NCBI GenBank assembly: GCA_903860135.1
Contig: CAIOPG010000017.1
Location: 139,364 to 203,363, forward strand
Source of the DNA: Candidatus Omnitrophota bacterium
Lineage (GTDB): Bacteria; Omnitrophota; Gorgyraeia; Zapsychrales; Fredricksoniimonadaceae
DNA length: 64,000 bases
Direction of reading: 5' to 3'
Shown here in pieces: positions 28,844 through 38,152 of this stretch (the first letter of the stretch is position 1; the number at the start of each line of letters is the position of its first letter). Under the pieces are notes generated by a model. It was not told where the DNA came from. It saw only the letters and a program-made list of their open reading frames with translations, and searched no databases. Both the position numbers and the translations under genes were made by a program.

Positions 28844-29464
28844 TTATCCCAGATATTGCCGAAATTCGACGAGGCTGGCACAGGCCAGGAACGGGTTTGT
28901 ATTTTTCAATTCACCAAGGGTGGCGTGCGCAACAGCGCCGTAATGATGCCCGGGCCAAACTACGGTCGCATCGGGTAACTGCTTGAGGCGTTGAAGGCTG
29001 TTGAAAAGAATGTCCGCAGACCCGCCGGGCAGATCCGTCCGACCGACTGCGTCAATGAACAGGACATCGCCCGTAAAAAGATTGCCGTCCACATAAAAAC
29101 ACTGGCATCCCGGCGTATGCCCCGGCACATGCAGGCACACCACCTCCAACCCGCCTAACCCTAGCTTGGCGTTGTCTGCAATCCTCACCAAATTCCTTGC
29201 CGCAGGCGTATAATAAACAGCCTCTGCCATGGAAAGATGAACCGGGACATCATACGTGTTGCTGTCAACAGTATGATCAAAATGCCCGTGTGTCAGGAGC
29301 ACCCCTTTTAATGTCACCCCTTCTTTCTTTAAGGCCGTCAGGATAACCGCCGCAGGAACCGATGGGTCGACAACATACGCCTCTTTTGTATCCCTATCAG
29401 AAATAATATAGGAAAAATTATCCAGTTGGCTGAGCATGATCTGTTTTATGCAACATTGAGGCAT
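28844..29464 (-). CDS. MBL-fold metallo-hydrolase (glyoxalase II-like)
   Basis: ORF-track ORF 28844-29536; the likely start is MPQCCIKQIML... at ~29464. Contains HxHxDH (LTHGHFDHT). Confidence 0.7.
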   Translation of the reverse strand: MPQCCIKQIMLSQLDNFSYIISDRDTKEAYVVDPSVPAAVILTALKKEGVTLKGVLLTHGHFDHTVDSNTYDVPVHLSMAEAVYYTPAARNLVRIADNAKLGLGGLEVVCLHVPGHTPGCQCFYVDGNLFTGDVLFIDAVGRTDLPGGSADILFNSLQRLKQLPDATVVWPGHHYGAVAHATLGELKNTNPFLACASLVEFRQYLG

Positions 29465-29465
29465 A

Positions 29466-30521
29466 TCACGTCCTTTGAAGGATGACCAGTGTTTCCAGAT
29501 GCCGTGTGCGCGGGAAGAAATCAAACGGCCTGACAAGCTTCACCTGCCACCCACCCGCCGCAAGCTCCCTGAGATTCAAGGCTAGGCTCGACGGATCACA
29601 GGAAAGATAAACAAGGTAACGCGTCCGCCCGACGGACTTTAACAGGGCCAATGCCTCGGCGCTCAACCCCGCGCGCGGCGGATCAACCATCACCACATTG
29701 CCGTCGGTCTTGGCCTCGGCCAGTATCGCGGGAAGCAGTGCCTCGACCCGCCCCTCTTGCACCACCACATTACCCAGGCCGTTAGCCGCTGTATTGAACC
29801 TGGCCAGACGCACGGCATGAATATTTTCTTCAATATTGATAACCCCTGACACCAGATCATTGAAGCACAAGCCAAAAAGGCCGACGCCGCCATAAAGGTC
29901 CAGGAACAACGCCTCCTTGGACCAAATATCCTGTTCGCGCAGGAAATTCACAAGCCCCGGAAGGATGGACAAATTGGCCTGAAAAAAAGTATCGAGCGCA
30001 TAGGCGATGCGCCGACCCAGGATATCCGTATAAAAATAATCCCGCGCTTCAAGCATCAGCGATTTACGCCCTATGCCCCCCCAACGCACCTGCCCGGCAT
30101 CCCCACAGCGCACTGTCAGATTCGCCATGCGGTAATCCTTGGGTATCTTCGCGGCTGCTTCCTCACGCAGGCGCGGAATAAAATCCGCGATCGCCTTCAT
30201 GGCGATAGGGCAAGTATCGATCTCGATCACCGGGCCGCGACCTGCCGGAGAAAAACCAACATGGACAGCGCCATTGCGCCGCTGCGTTAATTTAAGGTCC
30301 AGGCGGCTGCGGTAATGAAATGTTTTGGGTGACGGGAATACAGGCTGAAAAACAGCCTCTTCGAGCGGCATTTGAGCCTGCAGGAGAACTCTGACATTCG
30401 CCTCTTTAAGCGCCAGTTCATCGGCGTAAGGCAAATGCTGGTACTGACACCCTCCGCATTGGCCGTAAACCGGACATTCAGGCGAAGCTATGGGAGAGCC
30501 CGGTAATAAAACGTCCATCAA
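29466..30521 (-). CDS. rlmD: RlmD/RumA-family 23S rRNA (uracil-C5)-methyltransferase
   Basis: 351 aa with an N-terminal Cys cluster (CPVYGQCGGCQYQH) and a class I SAM MTase core; ATGA start/stop overlap with the upstream gene. Confidence 0.7.
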   Translation of the reverse strand: MMDVLLPGSPIASPECPVYGQCGGCQYQHLPYADELALKEANVRVLLQAQMPLEEAVFQPVFPSPKTFHYRSRLDLKLTQRRNGAVHVGFSPAGRGPVIEIDTCPIAMKAIADFIPRLREEAAAKIPKDYRMANLTVRCGDAGQVRWGGIGRKSLMLEARDYFYTDILGRRIAYALDTFFQANLSILPGLVNFLREQDIWSKEALFLDLYGGVGLFGLCFNDLVSGVINIEENIHAVRLARFNTAANGLGNVVVQEGRVEALLPAILAEAKTDGNVVMVDPPRAGLSAEALALLKSVGRTRYLVYLSCDPSSLALNLRELAAGGWQVKLVRPFDFFPRTRHLETLVILQRT

Positions 30522-31132
30522 TATTTCACTTTCAGCAGCAAGGCCATGACATCCATTAAGGGTTTTTCTTTGAGGTAACGATCCTCAACGCCAATATAAA
30601 GAAAATTATACCCCATTTCTCCGATGGTGAAGGCATACACCGAGATCATCTTGGGAACATCATCCTCAACCCGGAAAAGCAGATGACACCCCTTTCGGCC
30701 CGCCGGAAAGAACAGGCTTTTCTTCACAAGCGTTATATTACTAAAGACAGCCTTCATCTGCCGGACCATGAGCTCAATATATTGATCCGTCGACAGCGGA
30801 TTGCGGGACATATCATAGTTGGTCAAGACCATGTTCTCGAAAAAGGCATCCAGGGCATTCTCTTGGGGAGAAACAAAGGCCGCTATAACATCCGGCGACT
30901 GTTTGGGCCTTTCGATCCGCCATCCCCTTGGATAAACGCAACTAACGCCTTTTTCTTTGATATCAACCGAAGCAAAACTAACAAAGAACCAGATCAACAC
31001 CCCGACGATGGTTGCCGCCAGAAGACCGATAACAGCGAGCCAAAAAATGCGCGTCCATTTAACAACGTCGAAAGCTTCTGGTTGAGGCGCCGGGCCTCTG
31101 TCAATATTGTCCATGAACCACCTCCCTGACAA
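30518..31132 (-). CDS. Hypothetical membrane-anchored periplasmic protein
   Basis: 204 aa with a single N-terminal TM helix then a soluble domain; translationally coupled into the operon. Confidence 0.5.
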   Translation of the reverse strand: MSGRWFMDNIDRGPAPQPEAFDVVKWTRIFWLAVIGLLAATIVGVLIWFFVSFASVDIKEKGVSCVYPRGWRIERPKQSPDVIAAFVSPQENALDAFFENMVLTNYDMSRNPLSTDQYIELMVRQMKAVFSNITLVKKSLFFPAGRKGCHLLFRVEDDVPKMISVYAFTIGEMGYNFLYIGVEDRYLKEKPLMDVMALLLKVKY

Positions 31133-32435
31133 GGTTCCACATGGGAACTGTTTCCATACAAAGATAAAGATGCGTCGCTACAGCCGTTTTCTCCCTGAGC
31201 AAGGCTATCATCCTGACATAAATATCCCTGCGGACTTCTGCCGTATAGCGGAGCTTACCATCTTCAGCTGTCAGAAGCTCAGCATCAAGGATTGTATTCA
31301 CCGGGAAGCGATTTTCAATGGTTTTCTTTTGCAAGGCTGTCATCCGCAAGGTCCCTAGGCTGATCCAGGCAATGCTTTCAGACGGAACATGCTTGAAAAT
31401 GTCCTGAACCACAGACGCATACACACCTTCCCAACCCGGCCTGAAGATCACAGGATCAAAATGGAACGCGACCCGGTAGCCATGCGCCGCGCAACGCCTG
31501 GCCGCATCCAAACGTTCTGCCAGCGAAGCCGAAAAGTGCTCCTCCTGGTCGATCGCTACCTGGGGATTCAACGACCACCCCACCACGATATTCGAAGAAG
31601 CCTTGACCTCGAGCAATCCGGCAACGTTGGCACTCTTGGTCTTGAACTCAAAAACACTGTCCGGATACCCCCGGAAAAAATCCACGACCGCGCCGGAGAA
31701 GCAGGTCAGGTCATCAAAAACCAGTGAGTCCGTTGTTTCACCTGACCCGACACGAATGTTTTTCCCGAAGTGCCTGAACGCATCAAAAGCACCGTCCAAC
31801 GATGCCGGGATAACGATCCCCGGAGCATTGGTATAACTTTGCAGGAAACAATAAGAACACTCGAAGGGACACCCGACCCCCAGATCAATGTTGTGATACC
31901 CGCACGGCACAACCCCCGGTGAACACGGGCAGTGCCGGATACGGCCATGCTGTCCCCGGAGAATAACCAGCTCTTCGGTGCGCCGATTATACGCCATACC
32001 GGCTACTGCCTTCGACGCCGCATACTCTTTATAACCGGGGATCCGGATCATTTCGGCTGAAGGAAATTTTTCTCTGGCGCGCCTGACCACCGGCGAGCTC
32101 TCTGCCCCCGCCTCGACATACACACGCAGTGGCGACGGCACCTTGGCCGCGCGCGTCAAGGGCATCGCTGTGGATGGATCGCTGTCCAGCGCCGGAAAAG
32201 ATTCCGAAATTCTTCCACCCGCCGAAGCCACAGGAAAGCGGCGCGCCACAAGATGATCTTTGACAGCCGGGTACGCCTGGCATCCGACGGGCACCGCCAT
32301 CAACACAGCCGCCAGGGGCATCGCCTCACGCTTGGCGATCTCAAACACCAGGCGCCTGATCTCCTGCTGTTTGTTCGGGCCAAACAAAGGAAAGCGTACG
32401 CTGACGAGCCTGCGCAAATCCTGTTGATCGATCAT
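31101..32435 (-). CDS. Radical SAM protein, spore-photoproduct-lyase/SplB-like (COG1533-type)
   Basis: ORF-track ORF runs to 32618, but the ATG at 32433-32435 (MIDQQDLRR...) forms an ATGA overlap with the upstream AKR stop. Contains CPFECSYC (Cx3Cx2C). Confidence 0.6.
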   Translation of the reverse strand: MIDQQDLRRLVSVRFPLFGPNKQQEIRRLVFEIAKREAMPLAAVLMAVPVGCQAYPAVKDHLVARRFPVASAGGRISESFPALDSDPSTAMPLTRAAKVPSPLRVYVEAGAESSPVVRRAREKFPSAEMIRIPGYKEYAASKAVAGMAYNRRTEELVILRGQHGRIRHCPCSPGVVPCGYHNIDLGVGCPFECSYCFLQSYTNAPGIVIPASLDGAFDAFRHFGKNIRVGSGETTDSLVFDDLTCFSGAVVDFFRGYPDSVFEFKTKSANVAGLLEVKASSNIVVGWSLNPQVAIDQEEHFSASLAERLDAARRCAAHGYRVAFHFDPVIFRPGWEGVYASVVQDIFKHVPSESIAWISLGTLRMTALQKKTIENRFPVNTILDAELLTAEDGKLRYTAEVRRDIYVRMIALLREKTAVATHLYLCMETVPMWNLVREVVHGQY

Positions 32436-33340
32436 CCCCTGATCCCGACCAATGCCTGCGCTGACAGATCCCAGCCCGAAGCCGCCATATTCGCCTGCAC
32501 CTGCCGCGCATCGCGGCAACCGGCCAGCACGGTCATAACACCCGGCTGCTGGCGCACCCAGTTCAACGCCGTTTGATTCGGCGCGTACCCGAAAGAACAC
32601 AGATTCTTTACGGCACACTGCGCCTTTTCAAAACCTTCTTTTTCATAAAATGTATAAAACATTTTGCGCGCATCGCGCTTCGTAAAATTCGGAACACCGG
32701 TATATTTCCCGGTCAATATCCCGCCGCCCATGACGCCATAGGCAATTAGGCCGATACCTTTCTCACGGCAAAAAGGCAACAGTTCTGCTTCCACCTTCCG
32801 CTCCAGGATCGAATACGGCGCCTGCAATGTCGCCACCGGCGCCACCGCACACGCCTTGCGGAGCAACGGAAGATCAAAATTCGAAACACCGATATGCCGT
32901 ATTTTTCCCGCCTTGCGCAACTGCAACAACGCCTCCATGGTCTTCTCCACAGGCATTGCCGGATCCGGCCAATGGCACATATAAAGATCGATCACCTCAC
33001 ACTGCAGGCGCGCCAACGACTGGTCTACCTCATTGAAGATCGACGCCGGTGTCAAATCGTGCGCCACACGCCCGTTGGCACGGACCAAACCGCACTTGGT
33101 GGCGATAAAAACTTTTTCACGGCGCCCCCGGATGGCCTGCCCGATCAAGGCCTCTGACCGACCGTCCGAATAAAAAGGTGCCGTATCAATGAAATTCACA
33201 CCGAGCCCAATGGCCGCATCGACCGCCGCCAGGCATGCGGCATCATCCGCCCCGCCCCAGTTATCTCCGCCAAAAACCCAGGTACCCAGCCCCATGACAG
33301 ATACTTTTTCTTTTGTTCCCGGGAAATCTGTGTATTTCAT
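32432..33340 (-). CDS. Aldo/keto reductase
   Basis: 302 aa, MKYTDFPGTKEKVSVMGLGTWVFGG..., an AKR fold. Confidence 0.8.
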   Translation of the reverse strand: MKYTDFPGTKEKVSVMGLGTWVFGGDNWGGADDAACLAAVDAAIGLGVNFIDTAPFYSDGRSEALIGQAIRGRREKVFIATKCGLVRANGRVAHDLTPASIFNEVDQSLARLQCEVIDLYMCHWPDPAMPVEKTMEALLQLRKAGKIRHIGVSNFDLPLLRKACAVAPVATLQAPYSILERKVEAELLPFCREKGIGLIAYGVMGGGILTGKYTGVPNFTKRDARKMFYTFYEKEGFEKAQCAVKNLCSFGYAPNQTALNWVRQQPGVMTVLAGCRDARQVQANMAASGWDLSAQALVGIRG

Positions 33341-33417
33341 CGCGGACCTTTTCTTTCCTTGCTTTTGTGTTTATACTGTTGGGCATAACTATAACACAAT
33401 AGTCAAAGGCCAGCCGC

Positions 33418-34101
33418 ATGGACAGTCACTTCGAAGCGCTCTACGGGATCAAACCGGCGTCGATCCAACCGCTGTGCGTCATCATGCCCTTTGACATTCC
33501 CGGCGTGACCAAAGAACTTGGCCTATCCGCCATGACCCGGGGCCGCGTCTTTGCCTGCGGCCAGGGCGCTGGCTTTACCCTTATCCGTTCGGGCATGAGC
33601 GCGGGCTTTGTCGGTGACTGCACCCTTTACCTTGAAGAGACCCCCTGCCGGCAAATACTCTTTCTGGGAACCTGCGGCTTGATCCGCCACCGCGATGATC
33701 TGGATATCGGCAGCCTTGTAACCCCGGCCATCATCCATGCCTTTGAAAGCTTCAGCGCCATTGTCACCAACACCCTGGTCCTGCCGGAGCCGCTATTCGC
33801 CGATAACACCCTCACCCGGACCCTGCCCGTCCCCGGCGTCAATGTCATCAGTTTTGCCTCGCTCCACGAAGAAGAAAAGCACCTGGCTCTTTTTGACCAG
33901 CTGAACGCCCAGGTCATCGAAATGGAATGCCATGCCTTTTTCCTGGCCTGCCGCCAGATCCACCGCCCCGCCGGAGCCATCCTTGTCATTGCCGATATCC
34001 TTCAGGAAAAAACCTTTGCCTCCTCTTTGGTTGCCGAAGACAAAAAGAAACTAACCGAAGGTATCCGCCAGGCGTGCCAGTGGATCAAAAAATCGCTTTG
34101 A
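33418..34101 (+). CDS. PNP/UDP-1 family nucleosidase (MTA/SAH nucleosidase or futalosine hydrolase-like)
   Basis: 227 aa with a glycine-rich segment and the VIEMECHAF (EME-type) catalytic motif. Confidence 0.55.
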   Translation: MDSHFEALYGIKPASIQPLCVIMPFDIPGVTKELGLSAMTRGRVFACGQGAGFTLIRSGMSAGFVGDCTLYLEETPCRQILFLGTCGLIRHRDDLDIGSLVTPAIIHAFESFSAIVTNTLVLPEPLFADNTLTRTLPVPGVNVISFASLHEEEKHLALFDQLNAQVIEMECHAFFLACRQIHRPAGAILVIADILQEKTFASSLVAEDKKKLTEGIRQACQWIKKSL

Positions 34102-34124
34102 CAATTTCTTCAGGCTCTGTTATA
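34096..34124 (+). promoter_or_regulatory. Sigma70-type promoter upstream of the ferredoxin gene
   Basis: TTGACA (34096-34101), a 17-nt spacer, then TATATT (34119-34124), about 40 nt before the fdx SD/ATG. Confidence 0.45.
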
Positions 34125-34162
34125 TTTTCAAAACTGTTAAACCTTTTATCAGGAGCTATTTT

Positions 34163-34438
34163 ATGCCTCATGTTGTCTGCGAACCCTGTGTGAATTGCCG
34201 TAACACCAATTGCTGCGTTGTTTGCCCCGTGGAAGCGTTCCGCGAGGATGCCAATATGCTCGTGATCGACCCGGATGCCTGCATCGACTGCGGCGCCTGC
34301 GCCGGCGAATGCCCCGTCCAGGCCATCTACCCTGATGGTGACGTACCGGCCAAGTGGGAAAAATATATCGCCCTTAACAAGTCCAAGGCGCCTTCATTGC
34401 CGGTGATCAACACGAAAAAGACTCCGCTGAAAAAGTAA
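34163..34438 (+). CDS. fdxA: Ferredoxin, 7Fe (3Fe-4S plus 4Fe-4S) FdxA-like
   Basis: 91 aa with Cys clusters CxxCxxxxCP and CIDCGACAGECP. Confidence 0.8.
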   Translation: MPHVVCEPCVNCRNTNCCVVCPVEAFREDANMLVIDPDACIDCGACAGECPVQAIYPDGDVPAKWEKYIALNKSKAPSLPVINTKKTPLKK

Positions 34439-34461
34439 ACCGGCGGCCGGAATATAAAAAA

Positions 34462-34489
34462 GGGCGCTGAAACGATCAGCGCCTTTTTT
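34462..34489 (+). terminator. Rho-independent terminator (bidirectional: A-run upstream, T-run downstream)
   Basis: GGGCGCTGA-AACGA-TCAGCGCC followed by TTTTTT, immediately after fdx and only ~30 nt before ilvB. Confidence 0.7.
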
Positions 34490-34520
34490 ATTACTGAGCG
34501 ACAGATAAAAGGAAACAACC

Positions 34521-36248
34521 ATGAAAAAGAACAAAATATCACCCAAACCCATGACCGGCGCCCAGGCCCTGATCAAATGCCTCGAAGCGCACGGTGTGCA
34601 ATACATTTTTGGCCTGCCCGGCGGATCCGCGATCCCGATCTTCGACGCTCTCTATGAATCCAAGATCAAAACGATCCTCGTGCGCCATGAACAGGGTGCC
34701 ACCCACATGGCTGACGGCTACGCCCGTGCCACTGGCAAGGTCGGCGTGGCGCTGGTCACCTCAGGTCCTGGCGCCACCAATACCGTGACCGGCATCATGA
34801 CAGCCATGATGGACTCTATCCCCATGGTCGTTTTTGCAGGACAAACCATTTCCCCGATGCTGGGCAAGGATGCCTTTCAGGAATCCGACATCACCGGTAT
34901 CACCATGCCGGTCGTCAAACACAATTACCTGGTCAAGGATACCAACGCGATCCCGCGCATTGTCAAAGAAGCGTTCCATATTGCCTCAACTGGACGGCCA
35001 GGCCCTGTGCTTGTCGACCTGCCCAAAGACGTGACCGCCGGTGCCTTCACCGCTGCGCTCGACCAGGCGATGGACATCCCCGGCTACACGATCCCTTGCA
35101 AGGGCAACAGGGCGGATATCCTCAAGCTCGCCAAATTATTCAAACAAGCGCGCAAACCGCTGATCCTCGCTGGCCACGGCGCGGTCATTGCCAACGCCGA
35201 CAAAGCTGTCAAAGCACTGGCCGAAAAAACCAACACGCCTGTAACCGTTACCCTGCTGGGCAAAGGTGCTTTTCCTGAAACACATCGTTTGTCTTTGGGT
35301 ATGCTCGGTATGCATGGCACGGTTTATGCCAACAAGGCCCTGACCGGCTGCGATCTGATCGTTTCCATCGGTGCCCGCTGGGATGACCGCATCAACGGGA
35401 ACAACGACGAATTCTGTATCGGCGCCAAGAAAGTCCACATTGACATTGACCCGGCGGAGATCAACAAGATCGTCCGGCCGGATGTTGCCATTATCGGCGA
35501 CGCCCGCCTCATTGTCGAAGAACTCCTCAAGCATGTGGGCCCAGTGGACACAACCGAATGGCTGGCTGAACTGGAAGGTTACAAACAGCAGTTCCCGCTC
35601 CACTATTCCGACGCCGAAGGCCTTACCGCCCAGCGCGTCATCGACGACCTGTACCATGTCACCCAAGGCAAGGCCATTGTCACCACCGATGTCGGCCAGC
35701 ACCAGATGTGGGCGGCGCAGTTTTACAAGACTGACCTCTGCCACAACTGGCTTTCCTCGGGCGGCGCCGGCACCATGGGCTACGGCTACCCGGCGGCCAT
35801 CGGGGCGCAGTTCGGACGCCCGGGCGAACTCGTCGTGGCCATCGTCGGCGACGGCGGCTTCCAGATGACCTTGTGTGAACTGGCCACCGCGGCGGTCAAC
35901 AAACAGCCCGTCAAGGTGCTGGTCATTGACAATAAATACCTTGGCATGGTCCGCCAGTGGCAGTCGCTCTTTTTTGACAACAGGCTTTCGGGTGTTGATC
36001 TTGCCGGAAACCCGGACTTTGTAAAACTCGCGGAAGCTTACGGGATCAAGGGCTTCCATATTGATACGGTCAAGGACTGCCGCAAGGTCCTCGCCGAGGC
36101 CATGGCGCACAAGGGGCCGGCACTCATCCACGCGGAAGTCATCAAGGAAGGCAATGTCTTCCCCATGATCCCGGCGGGAAAGTCCGCGTACCACATCATC
36201 ACCGAAGCGCCGAAAACAAAAATGGAAAAACCCACAGGCTCAACCTGA
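34521..36248 (+). CDS. ilvB: Acetolactate synthase large (catalytic) subunit
   Basis: 575 aa, a TPP/FAD enzyme (…[14 protein letters not shown]…GDGGFQMT…). Confidence 0.9.
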   Translation: MKKNKISPKPMTGAQALIKCLEAHGVQYIFGLPGGSAIPIFDALYESKIKTILVRHEQGATHMADGYARATGKVGVALVTSGPGATNTVTGIMTAMMDSIPMVVFAGQTISPMLGKDAFQESDITGITMPVVKHNYLVKDTNAIPRIVKEAFHIASTGRPGPVLVDLPKDVTAGAFTAALDQAMDIPGYTIPCKGNRADILKLAKLFKQARKPLILAGHGAVIANADKAVKALAEKTNTPVTVTLLGKGAFPETHRLSLGMLGMHGTVYANKALTGCDLIVSIGARWDDRINGNNDEFCIGAKKVHIDIDPAEINKIVRPDVAIIGDARLIVEELLKHVGPVDTTEWLAELEGYKQQFPLHYSDAEGLTAQRVIDDLYHVTQGKAIVTTDVGQHQMWAAQFYKTDLCHNWLSSGGAGTMGYGYPAAIGAQFGRPGELVVAIVGDGGFQMTLCELATAAVNKQPVKVLVIDNKYLGMVRQWQSLFFDNRLSGVDLAGNPDFVKLAEAYGIKGFHIDTVKDCRKVLAEAMAHKGPALIHAEVIKEGNVFPMIPAGKSAYHIITEAPKTKMEKPTGST

Positions 36249-36266
36249 TTACGACAAGGTTAATAT

Positions 36267-36764
36267 ATGAAACAGGACGGGATTCACACACTCAGTATTC
36301 TGGTGGCCAACAAACCGGGCGTCCTGGTGCGCGTGGCGCTCACCTTTGCCCGCCGCGGCTACAATATCGATTCACTCGTCGTCTCCGCGACACATAACCC
36401 GAAATTCTCGCGCATGACCGTCACCGCCAAAGGTGACCCGGCGACACTCGAACAGATCATCAAACAGCTCAACAAACTGATCGACGTCATCCACGCCAGC
36501 GAACACGACACCGCCGCTTCGCTGGACTTGGAATTATCTTTGCTTAAAGTAAAAGCCTCGGGGACCTCGCGGGCCGTCATCGTCAAGCACATCCGTGAAC
36601 ATCAGGCGAAGCTCATGGATGAAAGTGATGACTACCTGATCATCGCCCAGACAGGAACAACCGCCGAGCTTAACAAATTTGAAACCCTGCTCAACAAATA
36701 CGGCCTCACAGAAATGGTCCGCTCCGGAAAACTTCTCATGACCAGGGGCAAAGAAAAGACCTGA
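36267..36764 (+). CDS. ilvN: Acetolactate synthase small (regulatory, ACT-domain) subunit
   Basis: 165 aa, MKQDGIHTLSILVANKPGVLVRVALTFARRGYNIDSL..., an ACT domain; directly follows ilvB. Confidence 0.9.
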   Translation: MKQDGIHTLSILVANKPGVLVRVALTFARRGYNIDSLVVSATHNPKFSRMTVTAKGDPATLEQIIKQLNKLIDVIHASEHDTAASLDLELSLLKVKASGTSRAVIVKHIREHQAKLMDESDDYLIIAQTGTTAELNKFETLLNKYGLTEMVRSGKLLMTRGKEKT

Positions 36765-36785
36765 CCCACCCCTGGGTTTTTTCTA
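36744..36785 (+). terminator. Possible terminator: 7-bp stem CCAGGGG/CCCCTGG with the ilvN stop codon in the loop, followed by a T-run
   Basis: Long (21-nt) loop; the T-run overlaps the 3' end of the convergent ssb gene. Confidence 0.3.
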
Positions 36786-37199
36786 TTCTTCCCAGGCGAT
36801 ATCCGACGGGCTGACGGCTTCGGGGGATGGCTCTTGACCCTGGGCGTAACTGCCGCGTGGAGCACTCCCCTCGTCGGTTCGCTTGGGCATAAAATGAATG
36901 TTGTTGGCCGAGATCCTAACGCGGCTTTGGGTCTTGCCGTCTTTTTCCCAGCGGTCCTGCTTCAAACGCCCCTCGACAATAACGCCACTGCCCCGCTTCA
37001 AATACTTGCCGCAATTTTCTGCCTGGGGCCCCCAGACTTCAACGTCGAAATAAGAAACTTCGGTAACCCGTTCGTTATTCTTCGTAAAAATACGGTTGTT
37101 GGCGATGGCCATACTGCACACCGTTTTCCCGGAAGGTGTGTTTTTCAACTCCGGATCGCGCGTGAGATTGCCCATGATGTTGACACTGTTGAGGCTCAT
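36783..37199 (-). CDS. ssb: Single-stranded DNA-binding protein
   Basis: 138 aa; OB fold (MSLNSVNIMGNLTRDPELK...) with an acidic C-terminal tail DIAWEE (close to the canonical D-I-P-F tail logic). Confidence 0.85.
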   Translation of the reverse strand: MSLNSVNIMGNLTRDPELKNTPSGKTVCSMAIANNRIFTKNNERVTEVSYFDVEVWGPQAENCGKYLKRGSGVIVEGRLKQDRWEKDGKTQSRVRISANNIHFMPKRTDEGSAPRGSYAQGQEPSPEAVSPSDIAWEE

Positions 37200-37254
37200 T
37201 GGTCATCCTTTCATTTTTCTTTTGCGCAACCTCGTCGGAACGCAAAAATAAACC

Positions 37255-37283
37255 GTTGACATTTTATTTATCCGTATTTAATT
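37255..37283 (+). promoter_or_regulatory. Candidate promoter (perfect -35 TTGACA plus AT-rich -10 region) for the KAKK micro-ORF
   Basis: TTGACA at 37255-37260, with TTAATT/TAATTA 16-18 nt downstream. Confidence 0.3.
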
Positions 37284-37368
37284 ATTACAAATTGTTTGAA
37301 CGTTATGAAACATTCATTATTATAAAGACAGATACAAAAACTTTTAAACTCGGAAAGGAGAAAATAAA

Positions 37369-37449
37369 ATGGCCACAGCAAAGAAAGCTCCGGCGAAGAA
37401 AGTTGCCGCGAAGAAAGCTCCTGCAAAGAAGACAGCGAAGAAGAAGTAA
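37369..37449 (+). CDS. Histone-H1-like basic micro-protein (AKKAPAKK repeats), 26 aa
   Basis: Strong SD AAAGGAG 8 nt before the ATG. Translates MATAKKAPAKKVAAKKAPAKKTAKKK*. Followed by an intrinsic terminator. Too short for the ORF track. Confidence 0.55.
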   Translation: MATAKKAPAKKVAAKKAPAKKTAKKK

Positions 37450-37473
37450 TAGCTTCTCCGTCCTTTTGTAAAA

Positions 37474-37506
37474 AACCCTCTCATATCTTTAGAGGGTTTT
37501 TTATTT
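37474..37506 (+). terminator. Rho-independent terminator after the KAKK micro-ORF
   Basis: AACCCTCT-catatcttt-AGAGGGTT followed by TTTTTATTTT. Confidence 0.65.
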
Positions 37507-37511
37507 TATGG

Positions 37512-38123
37512 CTATTTTGTCGCCGAGTAAAAACGATTCACCGCTGTCCAATTGATCACATGGTAAAAAGCCTCAATGTAATCAGCGCGGCGATTCTGAT
37601 AATTCAGGTAATACGCGTGCTCCCACACATCGATGACGAGGATCGGCTTTTGGCCGAGCGACAAGGGTGTGTCCTGGTTGGCCGTTTTCACGATGGCGAG
37701 CCGGCCAAGGGCATTGACCACAAGCCAGGCCCAGCCGGAACCAAACTGCGTGAGTGCCGCCTCGGAGAACTTCGCCTTGAAGCCGGCAAAAGATCCAAAA
37801 TCCGCCTTGATCGCGTCGGCAACCGCACCGACAGGTTCTCCGCCCGCCTTGGGACCGATCACCGCCCAGTAAAGCGTATGGTTGACCGCGCCGCCGCCGT
37901 TATTGCGCACCGCCGACCGCACCTCGTCGGGCACACTGTCGATGGCGGCAAGCAGGTCTTCCGCTGTCCTGTCCTCAAGGCCGGGTTTCCCGGCGATGGC
38001 GGCATTGAAACGCTCGACATACGTCTTGTGATGCTTGCCATGATGGATCTCGAGCGTCCTGGCATCAAGAAAGGGTTCGAGCGCGTCATAAGCATACGCA
38101 AGCTGAGGTAATTGATACGGCAT
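37512..38123 (-). CDS. sodA: Fe/Mn superoxide dismutase
   Basis: ORF-track ORF extends to 38204, but the SOD N-terminus MPYQLPQLAYAYDALEPF... starts at 38121-38123 with GGAGG upstream. Shows the HHxKHH and DVWEHAYY motifs. Confidence 0.9.
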   Translation of the reverse strand: MPYQLPQLAYAYDALEPFLDARTLEIHHGKHHKTYVERFNAAIAGKPGLEDRTAEDLLAAIDSVPDEVRSAVRNNGGGAVNHTLYWAVIGPKAGGEPVGAVADAIKADFGSFAGFKAKFSEAALTQFGSGWAWLVVNALGRLAIVKTANQDTPLSLGQKPILVIDVWEHAYYLNYQNRRADYIEAFYHVINWTAVNRFYSATK

Positions 38124-38152
38124 ACAAGCCTCCTGTTTTTTCTGATCGCACA

